Below are positions 9,894-19,948 of a stretch of 64,000 nt of DNA, in pieces; positions within the stretch are counted from its first letter, which is position 1, and each line of letters opens with the position of its first letter. Under the pieces are notes generated by a model. The model saw nothing but the letters and a program-made list of their open reading frames with translations, searched no databases and was not told the origin of the DNA. The position numbers and the translations under genes were made by a program. Source of the stretch: Gemmatales bacterium (GTDB lineage: Bacteria > Planctomycetota > Planctomycetia > Gemmatales > HRBIN36); the NCBI GenBank assembly GCA_041640595.1, contig JBEPZY010000001.1:480001-544000 (forward strand). Direction: 5' to 3'.

Positions 9894-10805
9894 ATGCCGC
9901 AAGAGGAAATCTCCGGACTTTTAGTGGTCAATAAACCGCGCGGCATGACCTCGCGCGAGGCGGTAGATTGCGTGCAGGATTGGTTTCCTAAAAGCCGGCC
10001 CGGACACGCCGGGACACTGGACCCCCTGGCAACGGGAGTGCTGGTAGTCGCTTTAGGAAAAGCCACACGGTTGCTCGAATATATTCAGGCCATGCGGAAA
10101 GTGTATCGCACCACGTTGCATCTGGGCGCGCGGAGCGCTACCGATGATGCCGAAGGGCCGATTACACCAACTCCGGACGTTCGCCCCGTGCCTGTCGAAA
10201 CGCTGCGGGCTGCTCTGCAAAAGTTTCTCGGTGAACAGGAGCAGGTCCCCCCTGCTTATGCTGCGGTGAAAGTGCAGGGCCGGCGTGCCTGGAAGGCAGC
10301 ACGCCAAAATCAAGCCGTCCAGCTGGCACCACGGCGAATTGTCATTTACCGCATCGAATTGCTGGATTACTGCTGGCCTCGGGCGCAGTTAGAAGTGGAG
10401 TGCGGTCGCGGCACTTATATACGAGCACTGGCACGCGACCTGGGTGAAGCTCTAGGTTGCGGTGCCTATGTCGAAGAACTGACACGCCTGCGTATTGGTC
10501 ACTTTTGCCTCGAACAAGCCGTGCCGCTTACCGTTTCGCCCGAAGAGGCCCGAGCAGCGCTGTTGCCAATTGCGGAAGCGGTCGCGGAATTGCCGCGCTT
10601 CATCCTCGCCGACCATCAGCGTGTACAACGACTATGCCAGGGCCAACGGCTGCGGTTGCCCCATCATCTCTGGTCAGCTCAACTGGCAAACCTGACCGCT
10701 GGCGAGGTAGCCGTCTTTGATGAGCAGGGCCAGCTTGTCGCCATCGCTCACTGGGACCAGCAGCTCCAGGAGCTGGCGCCGACGAAGGTGCTCGCAACCG
10801 GCTGA
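9894..10805 (+). CDS. truB: tRNA pseudouridine(55) synthase
   Basis: NKPRGMTS, GHAGTLDPLATGVL, QVPPAYAAVKVQG and CGRGTYIRALARDLG motifs. Confidence 0.96.
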   Translation: MPQEEISGLLVVNKPRGMTSREAVDCVQDWFPKSRPGHAGTLDPLATGVLVVALGKATRLLEYIQAMRKVYRTTLHLGARSATDDAEGPITPTPDVRPVPVETLRAALQKFLGEQEQVPPAYAAVKVQGRRAWKAARQNQAVQLAPRRIVIYRIELLDYCWPRAQLEVECGRGTYIRALARDLGEALGCGAYVEELTRLRIGHFCLEQAVPLTVSPEEARAALLPIAEAVAELPRFILADHQRVQRLCQGQRLRLPHHLWSAQLANLTAGEVAVFDEQGQLVAIAHWDQQLQELAPTKVLATG

Positions 10806-11086
10806 TTGGCTCGGCCTTCAGTTGCAGGGCTAAAGCGAATCAGCATTTTCGCAGCCGCGACATTTTCGCAACCGCGAAAGAGAATAGCCATTCCTCTCGG
10901 CAAACAAAACCGAGACGCTGGTCTGACCGGCGATTGCCTGTTGCATGCGACCACCTGATCACAGTTCACAGGAATTTTCGGAGGTGCCTTCACCTCGACA
11001 GTTGCGAACAATACCCAGGGTGAACAATTTTCCCGGGGTAGTCAGGTAAACGGACCGGCTACCCAGAGCGAGAGGGCTTCTCACCC

Positions 11087-12097
11087 GTGAAGTGGGAACT
11101 GGCAAATCCCTGGGCACTGCTATTGCTGGCCGGGCTGCCAGTCTGGTGGTACTGGTGCAAGCGTCGGCAACCCGCTTTGCCTCATTCCCTGGTGCAATTC
11201 GTAGCCTCGCATTTGCCGATTCGGCGAGGCTGGCGTTATTGGGTTTCCCAGGGTCTCTGGAGTTTGGTACTCGCAACGGTGATTCTCGCACTGGCCAGGC
11301 CGCGTTACCCGGATCCGCAAGCGCGTGTGCCGGTTCGGGCGCTGGCCTGGATACTGGCGCTGGACGTGAGCGGCAGCATGGCCGAGCAGGATTACCTGAT
11401 CGCCGACCGACCGGTTACTCGCATGGAAGCCGCGAAACGCACACTGAAAAAACTAGTCCAGGATTGGTCTGGCAGTGAACATCAGCACGATCTGATCGGT
11501 CTGGTTACTTTCGCGGTATTTGTGCAAGACCTGGCACCGCCGACTCCCAACCACCATGCAATACTGCAAATGCTGGAGCGGGCTGAACCGATCAGCGCAC
11601 CACCCGAATCGGCCACTAATATCGGCGACGCTTTGCTCGTGTCCCTTTATTTGCTGCAACGCAGCGAGTTGCCGGGACGTCGGATTCTTTTGGTCAGTGA
11701 CGGCGAGCATAATGTGCCCGAGGAACTTCTGCGGGGAGCTCGCCATCCTGTAGAAGCAGCCCAACTGGCACGGTCGCTGGGCATCGCCATTGATTCCATC
11801 CGAATCGGCCCCGATCCGCAACAACTGGACGATCCGCGAGCGCGTCGCGATGCCGAAATCGGTCGGCAAATTCTGCGCGATGCTGCAGAACTGACCGGCG
11901 GCATTTTCCTAGAAGCTCCCGATAGCGCCGCTCTGGAACAGGCGCTGAGCAAATGGGTCCAGCTGACCCGGCCCGTAATTTCCCAGCCGCAGTATTACCG
12001 CTATCGAGAGACATATCCGTATTTAGCCGTCCTGGCCTTGCTGTCGGTGATGGCAGTCATCGCCTGGGAGTGTAAAAGCGGGGTGCTGGTTCCGTGA
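11087..12097 (+). CDS. BatA-like VWA-domain membrane protein
   Basis: N-terminal 'ANPWALLLL', ALARP, MIDAS DVSGSM, TNIGDAL, SDGE and a C-terminal TM. Confidence 0.88.
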   Translation: MKWELANPWALLLLAGLPVWWYWCKRRQPALPHSLVQFVASHLPIRRGWRYWVSQGLWSLVLATVILALARPRYPDPQARVPVRALAWILALDVSGSMAEQDYLIADRPVTRMEAAKRTLKKLVQDWSGSEHQHDLIGLVTFAVFVQDLAPPTPNHHAILQMLERAEPISAPPESATNIGDALLVSLYLLQRSELPGRRILLVSDGEHNVPEELLRGARHPVEAAQLARSLGIAIDSIRIGPDPQQLDDPRARRDAEIGRQILRDAAELTGGIFLEAPDSAALEQALSKWVQLTRPVISQPQYYRYRETYPYLAVLALLSVMAVIAWECKSGVLVP

Positions 12098-12127
12098 TGC
12101 TGTGCTCTCCCGCAACGGATACCGACG

Positions 12128-13162
12128 ATGAGCTGGACGAATCATTTTGCTTATCCGTGGGCGTGGCTTCTGGTGGCGCTGGTCCCGGCCGTCTGGGGAT
12201 TATGGCGGTGTCGGCAGAGGCAGGCGCTGGCCACGGCGAAAACAGTCGCTGGGCTAGCTGGCGGGCAGCTGGTTCAGGGTTGGCGAGCTTGGCGAAAGGA
12301 GTTGGGGTTAGTGTTGGCATCGTTGTTCCTGGTGATTGCTGCGGCCGGGCCACAATGGGGCCATGATCCCAAAGGGCGGGTGGCATTTGGTCGGGACTTG
12401 ATAATCGCTCTGGATATTAGCCGGAGTATGCTTGCTCGAGATCGGCCTAACCCTGAGAATACGGCCATGCTCTCCCGACTGCAAAGGGCAAAAATTTATC
12501 TGGCCGACTGGCTTGACATACTGGAAAGGCAGGGGGGATACCGGGTCGGGATGGTTTGGTTTGCGGGACAGGCACGCCTGGTTTGTCCGCTGACGGATGA
12601 CTACCGACACATACGGGCATTACTCGACCTGGCAGACCCGGATTTCTGGGGGCCTGCTGGCCGGATAGCCGTAAGTGAACACGGAGCAATAGGAACCAGC
12701 TTACGACAGGGGTTGGAAGTTGCGCTGAATGCCCACGAGCCGCAAGCTGAAGGTTTCCAGGACATCCTGCTGATTAGCGATGGCGATGACCAGGATGCCT
12801 ATCCGTCTGAAGTGGCTGCCCAGGCGCAGGCCAGAAAAATTCGCATTCACGTACTGGGTGTGGGGCGACCCGAGTCGCCTTCCTACGTACCGGGACTGAC
12901 TCCTGGGGAGTTTCTATACCAGGACGGAAAAATCGTGGAAACACGCCGGCGCGACGAGTTATTGCAAGCTCTGACGGCTTCTACCGGCGGGGAATATGTT
13001 CCGGAAGAATTGGCGTCGCAACCAGTGGTACGGTGGTGGGTGCGGACGTATTCACGCGAACCAAAGCGAGCCTGGTCGCCGCTCGGCTCGCCGCAACCCA
13101 GGCAGCGGAGCGAACTGTTCTTCATTGCGGCCATCTTGTTCCTGTTGTTCACCCTGGCCTGA
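12128..13162 (+). CDS. BatB-like VWA-domain membrane protein
   Basis: FAYPWAW, AAAGPQWG, DISRSM, FAG.A.L.CPLTDD, SDGDD and a C-terminal TM. Confidence 0.88.
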   Translation: MSWTNHFAYPWAWLLVALVPAVWGLWRCRQRQALATAKTVAGLAGGQLVQGWRAWRKELGLVLASLFLVIAAAGPQWGHDPKGRVAFGRDLIIALDISRSMLARDRPNPENTAMLSRLQRAKIYLADWLDILERQGGYRVGMVWFAGQARLVCPLTDDYRHIRALLDLADPDFWGPAGRIAVSEHGAIGTSLRQGLEVALNAHEPQAEGFQDILLISDGDDQDAYPSEVAAQAQARKIRIHVLGVGRPESPSYVPGLTPGEFLYQDGKIVETRRRDELLQALTASTGGEYVPEELASQPVVRWWVRTYSREPKRAWSPLGSPQPRQRSELFFIAAILFLLFTLA

Positions 13163-13337
13163 GTCGTGGGCCATTGCTGTGCCAGGTTCGTAACTGCAAA
13201 CGGCAGATGCCGGGCATTTATGGCGGTACCTCGCGGCGGCGATACGACGGCCGGGGTACAATTTCGACAGGCTGCGCTTTGTGTAACAACGTCCCGACTC
13301 CTCCGTGTGGGCGGGCCAACAGGAGCGAGGATACGCT

Positions 13338-13892
13338 ATGCAAATCCGCGTCAAGCCGATGGGCGTGCTCCGTCAACGGCTGGGCAAACAGGAACTTGTC
13401 GTGGAACTTTCTGACGGGAGCACTCTGGAACAGTTGCTCGAAAAATTGGCGTTACCCGCAGGAATGGTTCAGGTGGTTCTGGTTAATCAGGAGCGCGAGA
13501 CAAATCGGCAGCGTGTCCTGCACCACAATGACGAAGTTACCTTGCTGGCTCCGGTTGCAGGTGGGGGCGGCGGCGCCAGGGCTTCTACCGGTTACACTCT
13601 GGACGAGGTTCAGACCGTGATTCGGGCGCTGTACGGCGAAAAGGACACCAAACGCGGCTTACAGGGGTGTTTCTTGTGGTTTTTGGAAGAAGTGGGAGAA
13701 CTCTCGGCGGCCATCCGCACTAATACCGCATCTTCCATTGCCGAGGAACTGGCCGACACGCTGGCCTGGCTGGCGACGCTGGCCAATGTGGCAGGCGTAG
13801 ATTTGGCCGAAGTATTTCACCGTAAATACGGCCGACAGTGTCCCGGTTGTGGTCAACTGCCCTGCGTGTGTCCCTCCGAGGTTAAGCCCTGA
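13338..13892 (+). CDS. ThiS/MoaD-like ubiquitin-like domain fused to MazG-like nucleotide pyrophosphohydrolase
   Basis: N-terminal beta-grasp pattern ending LLAPVAGG; C-terminal EEVGEL...EELAD MazG motif; CPGCGQLPCVC tail; AGGAGCGAGG upstream of ATG. Confidence 0.85.
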   Translation: MQIRVKPMGVLRQRLGKQELVVELSDGSTLEQLLEKLALPAGMVQVVLVNQERETNRQRVLHHNDEVTLLAPVAGGGGGARASTGYTLDEVQTVIRALYGEKDTKRGLQGCFLWFLEEVGELSAAIRTNTASSIAEELADTLAWLATLANVAGVDLAEVFHRKYGRQCPGCGQLPCVCPSEVKP

Positions 13893-14061
13893 CTGAGACC
13901 GACAAATGGAAGCGGAAGCCTGTACGTGCTCGCGCAAGTCAAGGCGTAGCCGAAGCGAGTCGGTGGGGAAAACGGGGAATATGCAACGCTGGAAATGACC
14001 CAAGCGGGTTGACTTAGCCTGCGGATGGCGACAACCTGACGAGGATGGAGCAGTCCGAAGC

Positions 14062-14799
14062 CTAGCGCAACAAGATATAGCGAGTCAGCACGAACAGTAT
14101 GGCCCCGATGCCGCCCAAATTTCCCAGCCAGAAGATGAACATCCATTTCAATAAATCCGCCCGAACCGCCTCGAGCCGCACTTCTAGCGAAGTAACTTTT
14201 TGCTGCAAATCTCGCAAATCCTGGCGCTGTTGCCGCATGTACTCCTCCAACTCCTGCACCTTAACCTGTAAAGCCACCATTTCCTGGCGTAACTGACTCA
14301 GCTCCGCTCGCAAATGTTGTAACTCCTGGCGTAACTGTTCAACATCGGTCCGCAGTTGCTGTAATTGCTGCTGTTGCTGGCTAACCTGGGCTCGCAACTG
14401 CTCCAAACCGTGGCGTAACTGTTCAACATCAGCCTGCAATACAGCAAATTCTTGGCGAAACTGGCCTAAATCGGCTAGCAACTGCTGCATGGTCTGTCGC
14501 AAATGAGCCGTTTCAACGCGCTGGTCTGCGATGCCCGCGGACAAAGGCGGTAGCTCTTGTTGCAAGCGAGCGCTTATCGCATCCAATTCCTGCTGTAATC
14601 GGTCAACCTGCGGGCGGAGTTGTTGCAACTGATCGAGATCGCTGCGCAAAGCGTGAAACTCAGCCTGAAGCTCCAGCAGGTCCTCTCGGGTAGCAGCGCG
14701 AGCCACTCCTGTGCTTTCGATGTAAGCCAGGAGCGCTTTCGTTTCATCTTCGCCCAGCCGCGGTTTGAGCTTCTCGTATAGTTCTAATGCTGCGGACAT
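14062..14799 (-). CDS. DUF1640/CCDC90-like membrane-anchored coiled-coil protein
   Basis: Head domain, ATREDL neck, long heptad stalk and C-terminal anchor DLLKWMFIFWLG. Confidence 0.75.
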   Translation of the reverse strand: MSAALELYEKLKPRLGEDETKALLAYIESTGVARAATREDLLELQAEFHALRSDLDQLQQLRPQVDRLQQELDAISARLQQELPPLSAGIADQRVETAHLRQTMQQLLADLGQFRQEFAVLQADVEQLRHGLEQLRAQVSQQQQQLQQLRTDVEQLRQELQHLRAELSQLRQEMVALQVKVQELEEYMRQQRQDLRDLQQKVTSLEVRLEAVRADLLKWMFIFWLGNLGGIGAILFVLTRYILLR

Positions 14800-15039
14800 C
14801 CGCAGGCTGCCTGGTTGTCCAGTCGGAGACATTATACCTATCGCCAGGGGAGTGGATAGGAAATTCGCCTGAGGCTCCCGGCCGCATCAGGCATGCAATC
14901 GAGCGGAGGGCTCAGGCGAAGAAAAATACTCCTGCTTGCTCTTTCCCTTTGCTATTATGGTGAACAGGCGTAGGCTTATTGCAGGAGAGCATTGGCTCTG
15001 AGCGAACGCCGACTAACCATTACAGTAAGGTGATGCCTC

Positions 15040-15651
15040 ATGGAAATCGTGCAATATCCCCATCCGGCTCTGCGCTTTCCGGCATGTCCGGTTCGGCGGG
15101 TGGATCAGGCCATACGCGAGTTGGTTCGTGAGATGACTCGCTTGCTTTTGGAACATCGTGGATTGGGACTGGCCGCACCCCAGGTCGGTTATCCCTACCA
15201 GATTTTTCTCATGCGCTGCGACCGGGAGGGGGATGATCCGGGTGCAGTGCAGGTGATCGTCAATCCCGTATTGAGCGATTTCCGGGGTTCTGTCGAAGAA
15301 GACGAAGGATGCCTGAGTTTCCCCGGACTGTATCAGCCCATTCGCCGGGCTCGTTCCGTTCGTTTGCGGGCTTTCAATCTGGACGGGCAGGAAATTGACC
15401 GCACCGTCAGCGGACTGGAAGCGCGGGTGGTGCAGCACGAGACCGATCATTTGCACGGCATTTTGTTTATTGACCGTATGAGCGAGACAGCACGCCTGGC
15501 CAGCCGCGATTTCCTTGACGACCTGGTTCAGCGTTACCGCGATGCCCAGGCTCGGGGCAAAATCCCACCGGATAAGGTCATTATTGATCAGTTGCAGGCT
15601 CTCGTGGAACTGCAAAGCCAGAAGGCCGTTGGCGTGCGTGAGCCGGCATGA
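15040..15651 (+). CDS. def: Peptide deformylase
   Basis: GLGLAAPQVG, EGCLS and QHETDHLHG motifs. Confidence 0.97.
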   Translation: MEIVQYPHPALRFPACPVRRVDQAIRELVREMTRLLLEHRGLGLAAPQVGYPYQIFLMRCDREGDDPGAVQVIVNPVLSDFRGSVEEDEGCLSFPGLYQPIRRARSVRLRAFNLDGQEIDRTVSGLEARVVQHETDHLHGILFIDRMSETARLASRDFLDDLVQRYRDAQARGKIPPDKVIIDQLQALVELQSQKAVGVREPA

Positions 15652-15704
15652 TCACCACCACTTAGTCACTTGCCGAGGCGGTGCGGAGAACTCTGGGCGA
15701 TGCC

Positions 15705-16658
15705 ATGCGGATTGTCATGATGGGAACCGGGCGGTTCGCGGAGCCGACGTTCCAGGCTCTGCTGGCAAGTCGGCACTGTGTCGCCGGACTGGTTGCCAAT
15801 CCTGACCGGCCCAGCGGCAGGGAAAAGGAAATGGTGCGCTCGATCAAAAAGATTGCTCTGGCACACGGCATCCCCGTTTTCCAGCCAGAAAAAATAAACA
15901 CGTCCGAAGGTATTGCGGGACTGAAAGCTTTTGAGCCGGAGCTTCTGGTAGTAGCAGCCTATGGGCAGATTCTTTCGCCAGAAGTGTTATCCGTAGCCCG
16001 GCATGGCGGAATAAACGTCCACGCTTCGCTTTTGCCCAAATACCGCGGAGCCGCTCCGGTCGCCTGGGCCATTTACCATGGCGAAACCCGTACCGGCGTC
16101 ACCATTATTCGCATGTCGCCACAGATGGACGCCGGAGATATTCTCGCTCAGGAAGCCGTGGACATTCTTCCCGACGAAACTGCCGGAGAATTGGAAGCAC
16201 GTCTGGCCGTGATCGGTGCCCGTTTAGCCTTGCAGGTCATTGATCAGATCGAATCGGGTCAGGTTCGTGCCATTGCTCAGGATTCCAGCCAGGCGACGCG
16301 AGCCCCGAAGCTGAAAAAAGAGCACGGTCTGGTTGACTGGTCGCGCTCGGCTCAGCAGGTGGTTAACCAGATACGGGCGATGCAACCCTGGCCCACTGCT
16401 TATACGTTCTGGCATCGCCGCGATAAACCACCGCTTCGCTTGATTATTCGCCGAGCGCGAGCCTGGCCGGAGACCACTGACGCTCGACCCGGCACAATCA
16501 TCGCGGTGCATCCTGATACCGTGCGAGTGGCCAGCGGACAGGGTACGGTCGAACTGCTCCAAATCCAACCGGCAGGAGGCAAGGTCATGTCCGTCGGGGA
16601 ATTTCTCCGCGGTCACCACATGCAGGGCGGCGAATTGTTAGGAGCGGAAAGACTATGA
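15705..16658 (+). CDS. fmt: Methionyl-tRNA formyltransferase
   Basis: MRIVMMGT, VAAYGQIL, NVHASLLPKYRGAAP and MDAGD motifs; follows def. Confidence 0.97.
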   Translation: MRIVMMGTGRFAEPTFQALLASRHCVAGLVANPDRPSGREKEMVRSIKKIALAHGIPVFQPEKINTSEGIAGLKAFEPELLVVAAYGQILSPEVLSVARHGGINVHASLLPKYRGAAPVAWAIYHGETRTGVTIIRMSPQMDAGDILAQEAVDILPDETAGELEARLAVIGARLALQVIDQIESGQVRAIAQDSSQATRAPKLKKEHGLVDWSRSAQQVVNQIRAMQPWPTAYTFWHRRDKPPLRLIIRRARAWPETTDARPGTIIAVHPDTVRVASGQGTVELLQIQPAGGKVMSVGEFLRGHHMQGGELLGAERL

Positions 16659-18043
16659 CGAAATCGGCTACAACGTTCCACTGGAAAGCACTCACTCCAC
16701 GCGCTGTTGCTGTCCAAGTGTTACTGGAATGCAGACGCCATCGCCGCTTCGCTCAGGAAATTCTCGATGAACAATTGCAACGCACTCCTCTGAACGCGGC
16801 GGATCGCCGTCTGGTAACTCAGCTGGTGTATGGTGTGCAGCGCCGTCGGCTGACGTTGGATCGTTTACTGCGGCCGTTCGTGAAACGTCCGCTCCATCGC
16901 GTCGAACCATGGATTTGGGAAACTTTGCGGGTCGGGGCATACCAGCTGGTCTTGCTGACGCACATTGCCGTACATGCCGCCATTCATGAAACTGTGGAAG
17001 TTGCGGAGCTGGCCGGTAAGCCTCGCGGTAAGGGCTTTATCAATGCCATCCTCCGCCGATTGGCAGAAACAATAACCGACGAGTTCAGCGACACCCCCAG
17101 CTCCCAGGCCGTGCCGTGCGAAGATGGGCGATACCGCTTGCTTCGCATGCCTCTTTTACCCGACCCGCAAACTCAGCCCTTGCAATACATTGCGATCGCT
17201 TTCGCCTTTCCACCCTGGTTGGTGAGCCGCTGGGCCGAACGCTATGACCAGGCCGAGCTCTACCGTCTCGGTTTCTGGTTTGCTGCCCCTCCGCCGACCT
17301 ACTTGCGGGTGAATTTACTGAAAACCGACCGAAATTCGCTGCTGGAGCGCTTGCGTGCAGCCGGCATAAAATGCCAGCCCGGTCAGCATCCTCAGTCTAT
17401 TCGTCTCGAGCAGCATGTTGCCCCTGCTGAGTTGCCGGGATTTGCTGAAGGATGGTTTACCGTTCAGGACGAATCTTCCATGCAGGTGGTTTCAGCGCTC
17501 GATCCGCAACCGGGCTGGAAGGTACTTGACCTGTGTGCTGCTCCAGGTGCCAAAACAACTCATCTGGCAGAATTGATGGCCAATCAAGGCCACATTCTCG
17601 CCTGCGATGTGGACAAACGTCGGCTAGCGGTGATTCCCCGACTGGCTGAGCGGCTTGGAATCAGTATCATCGAAACCTGTTTGTTGTCTCCCAAAGGTGA
17701 ACCACCCCCCGGCCCGTTCGATGCCGTTCTCGTGGATGTACCCTGCAGCAACACGGGTGTGCTGGGTCGGCGACCGGAAGCACGCTGGAAACTCTCTCCG
17801 CGTGCCCTACGCAAACTTGTTCCCCTGCAAACCAAACTGCTCATTTACGCCGCCGAACGTGTCCGGCCTGGGGGCGTGATTGTCTATTCCACCTGCAGCC
17901 TCGAACCGGAAGAAAATCGCACTGTCGTCCACAACGTCCTGAGCGTGATTCAAGACCTGGAACTGGATGTCGAGGTGGATCAGGTTCCTGGCCAGCCTGC
18001 CGATGGCGGTTATTACGCCCGCATCGTTCGCCGACAGCTATAA
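16655..18043 (+). CDS. rsmB: 16S rRNA m5C967 methyltransferase (Sun/RsmB)
   Basis: NusB-like N-terminus, VQDESS, DLCAAPGAKT, DVPCSNTG and YSTCS; def-fmt-rsmB synteny. Confidence 0.93.
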   Translation: MTKSATTFHWKALTPRAVAVQVLLECRRHRRFAQEILDEQLQRTPLNAADRRLVTQLVYGVQRRRLTLDRLLRPFVKRPLHRVEPWIWETLRVGAYQLVLLTHIAVHAAIHETVEVAELAGKPRGKGFINAILRRLAETITDEFSDTPSSQAVPCEDGRYRLLRMPLLPDPQTQPLQYIAIAFAFPPWLVSRWAERYDQAELYRLGFWFAAPPPTYLRVNLLKTDRNSLLERLRAAGIKCQPGQHPQSIRLEQHVAPAELPGFAEGWFTVQDESSMQVVSALDPQPGWKVLDLCAAPGAKTTHLAELMANQGHILACDVDKRRLAVIPRLAERLGISIIETCLLSPKGEPPPGPFDAVLVDVPCSNTGVLGRRPEARWKLSPRALRKLVPLQTKLLIYAAERVRPGGVIVYSTCSLEPEENRTVVHNVLSVIQDLELDVEVDQVPGQPADGGYYARIVRRQL

Positions 18044-18215
18044 CCCGTTGCGTTTTTCATAAACCCTTCCAGTGTTTTTTGCGATACGTTTGACAACGCC
18101 GATGCTTGAACCACCTTAGGTTTCCATCAACGTGCCAACTGAGCCAAGAAGCCCCGGGGCGTTTCTCGGTTGGGCATTGCTCTGCATTTGTGGCCCATCA
18201 GATCGGGAGGAAAAA

Positions 18216-19892
18216 ATGCGTGTGCTGCGATTCTTGGGGAGCGTGACTTGCCTCCTCTTGCTTTTTGCAAGCTTACTTCTGGCAACCGAGGAGGTGCCGC
18301 AGCAGAAACCTGCCAGCCCACCTCCAGGTCTGCAACAAGACTCGCAATCTTCTTCCCAGCCCGATCTTCAGGAATTATTGCGGCGCATCGAAATGCTCGA
18401 ACAACAAAATCGCGAACTCCGCACAGCGCTGGAAAGATTGCAGGAGCAACTGCCTAAAGCTCCTGCTTCGGTATCGGAGCCACCTACCGCTTTACCAGGG
18501 CAAGAACAGTCCGTTGAAGCCTCCCTTCCCATGGCTGGCCAGCAGAAGCCCGATCCCGATGAGCTAAAAAACAATCCCTGGCGGCTGGTCGAATTACGCG
18601 ATCCCTCCCCGTGGATTCGGGCGAACTGGCAAAATGGCCTGGGAATTCAGTCCACTGATGGTAGTTTTCGCATTCACGTCGGTGGCCGAACCCAGTTCGA
18701 TACCGTCTGGATGACTGCCTCCGACCGCGTGCAAAATGCCCCAGGCGGCATCGGAAAGCTGCAGGACGGCTTCTTTTTCCGCCGCGCCCGATTTACAGTG
18801 GACGGGAAGCTGTTTCATAATTTCGAATTCGTTTGCGAGTATGATTTCGTCAACGCTTTCGACTTCGAGCCTCTCGACCCCGCAAGAGAAACCGACGTGG
18901 CTAACACACCGGTCCCCACTGACCTCTGGGCTCAGCTTGTGGATATCCCCATTCTCGGCAATATTCGTGTCGGTAACCAAAAACCGCCGATCAGTTTCGA
19001 GCACCTCACCAGCAGTCGCTGGCTCAACTTCATGGAACGATCTTTCATGTTCGACGCGTTTATAGGCGGTCTCGATAACGGCTTCCGCCCCGGCGTGCAA
19101 ATATTCAACTGGACTCAAGATGAAAACATCACCTGGCAGATCGGAGTTTTCAAGAATAACACTACAGTATTCGGGTTCAACACCGGCGATGGAGAATATG
19201 ATGTTACTGGCCGACTTACCTGGACGCCTATCTATGCGGAAGGCGGCAAGTACCTGGTGCATCTGGGCCTCGGTGCCAGTGCCCGCGACTTAGACAACGA
19301 TCGCTATCGCTTGCGGGCACGCGGTTCATTGCGCAACGGGCCAGGACCTCTTAGTACGGCTTTCTCCGATGCTCGGTTTCTCGGCGACAGCATGTACATT
19401 CTAGTGCCAGAATTCGCATTAGTTTACGGACCCTGGTCTGTAGTGGCGGAATACTATACTACCTGGTTTACTGATGTGGCTTTCCCGATCGCGGCCCCGG
19501 TGCCTGTGGGCACCACCTTCTATCATGGCGGTTATGTCGAGGTACTATATTTCCTCACTGGCGAATATAGGCCTTATTTACGCCATGGTGGATCGGGGGC
19601 CAATTTCAATCGCGTGATCCCGAAGCAGAATTTCATCTATATAGACCGGGATGGCGAGGTCATTTTCGCACCAGGCGCCTGGCAAGTCGGTATTCGTTAC
19701 CAGTATATAGACCTTGCGGACAAAGGTATCCCCGGAGCTATCCTGCACGACATTACTTTAGGTCTCAACTGGTTCCTGAATCCCAATGCCAAGGTGCAGT
19801 GGAACTATAGTATTACCCATCGCGATGCTGTCGGCTCACCGGCGGACGGCTGGATACAGGGGTTTGGTATGCGGTTAGCTTTCGATTTCTAA
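18216..19892 (+). CDS. OprO/OprP-family anion-selective porin
   Basis: Signal peptide, coiled-coil, GGRTQFD, FRRAR, FMERS, TLGLNWFLNPN and terminal Phe. Confidence 0.88.
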   Translation: MRVLRFLGSVTCLLLLFASLLLATEEVPQQKPASPPPGLQQDSQSSSQPDLQELLRRIEMLEQQNRELRTALERLQEQLPKAPASVSEPPTALPGQEQSVEASLPMAGQQKPDPDELKNNPWRLVELRDPSPWIRANWQNGLGIQSTDGSFRIHVGGRTQFDTVWMTASDRVQNAPGGIGKLQDGFFFRRARFTVDGKLFHNFEFVCEYDFVNAFDFEPLDPARETDVANTPVPTDLWAQLVDIPILGNIRVGNQKPPISFEHLTSSRWLNFMERSFMFDAFIGGLDNGFRPGVQIFNWTQDENITWQIGVFKNNTTVFGFNTGDGEYDVTGRLTWTPIYAEGGKYLVHLGLGASARDLDNDRYRLRARGSLRNGPGPLSTAFSDARFLGDSMYILVPEFALVYGPWSVVAEYYTTWFTDVAFPIAAPVPVGTTFYHGGYVEVLYFLTGEYRPYLRHGGSGANFNRVIPKQNFIYIDRDGEVIFAPGAWQVGIRYQYIDLADKGIPGAILHDITLGLNWFLNPNAKVQWNYSITHRDAVGSPADGWIQGFGMRLAFDF

Positions 19893-19948
19893 TGCGCAAC
19901 TAAACTTGCCAGCTATCGTGCCTTAGCTGCACTCCTAAACTGGCATTT

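Noticed and set aside
18090..18122. Sigma70 promoter for the porin (TTGACA at 18090)
   Set aside because: No acceptable -10 hexamer at 16-18 bp spacing
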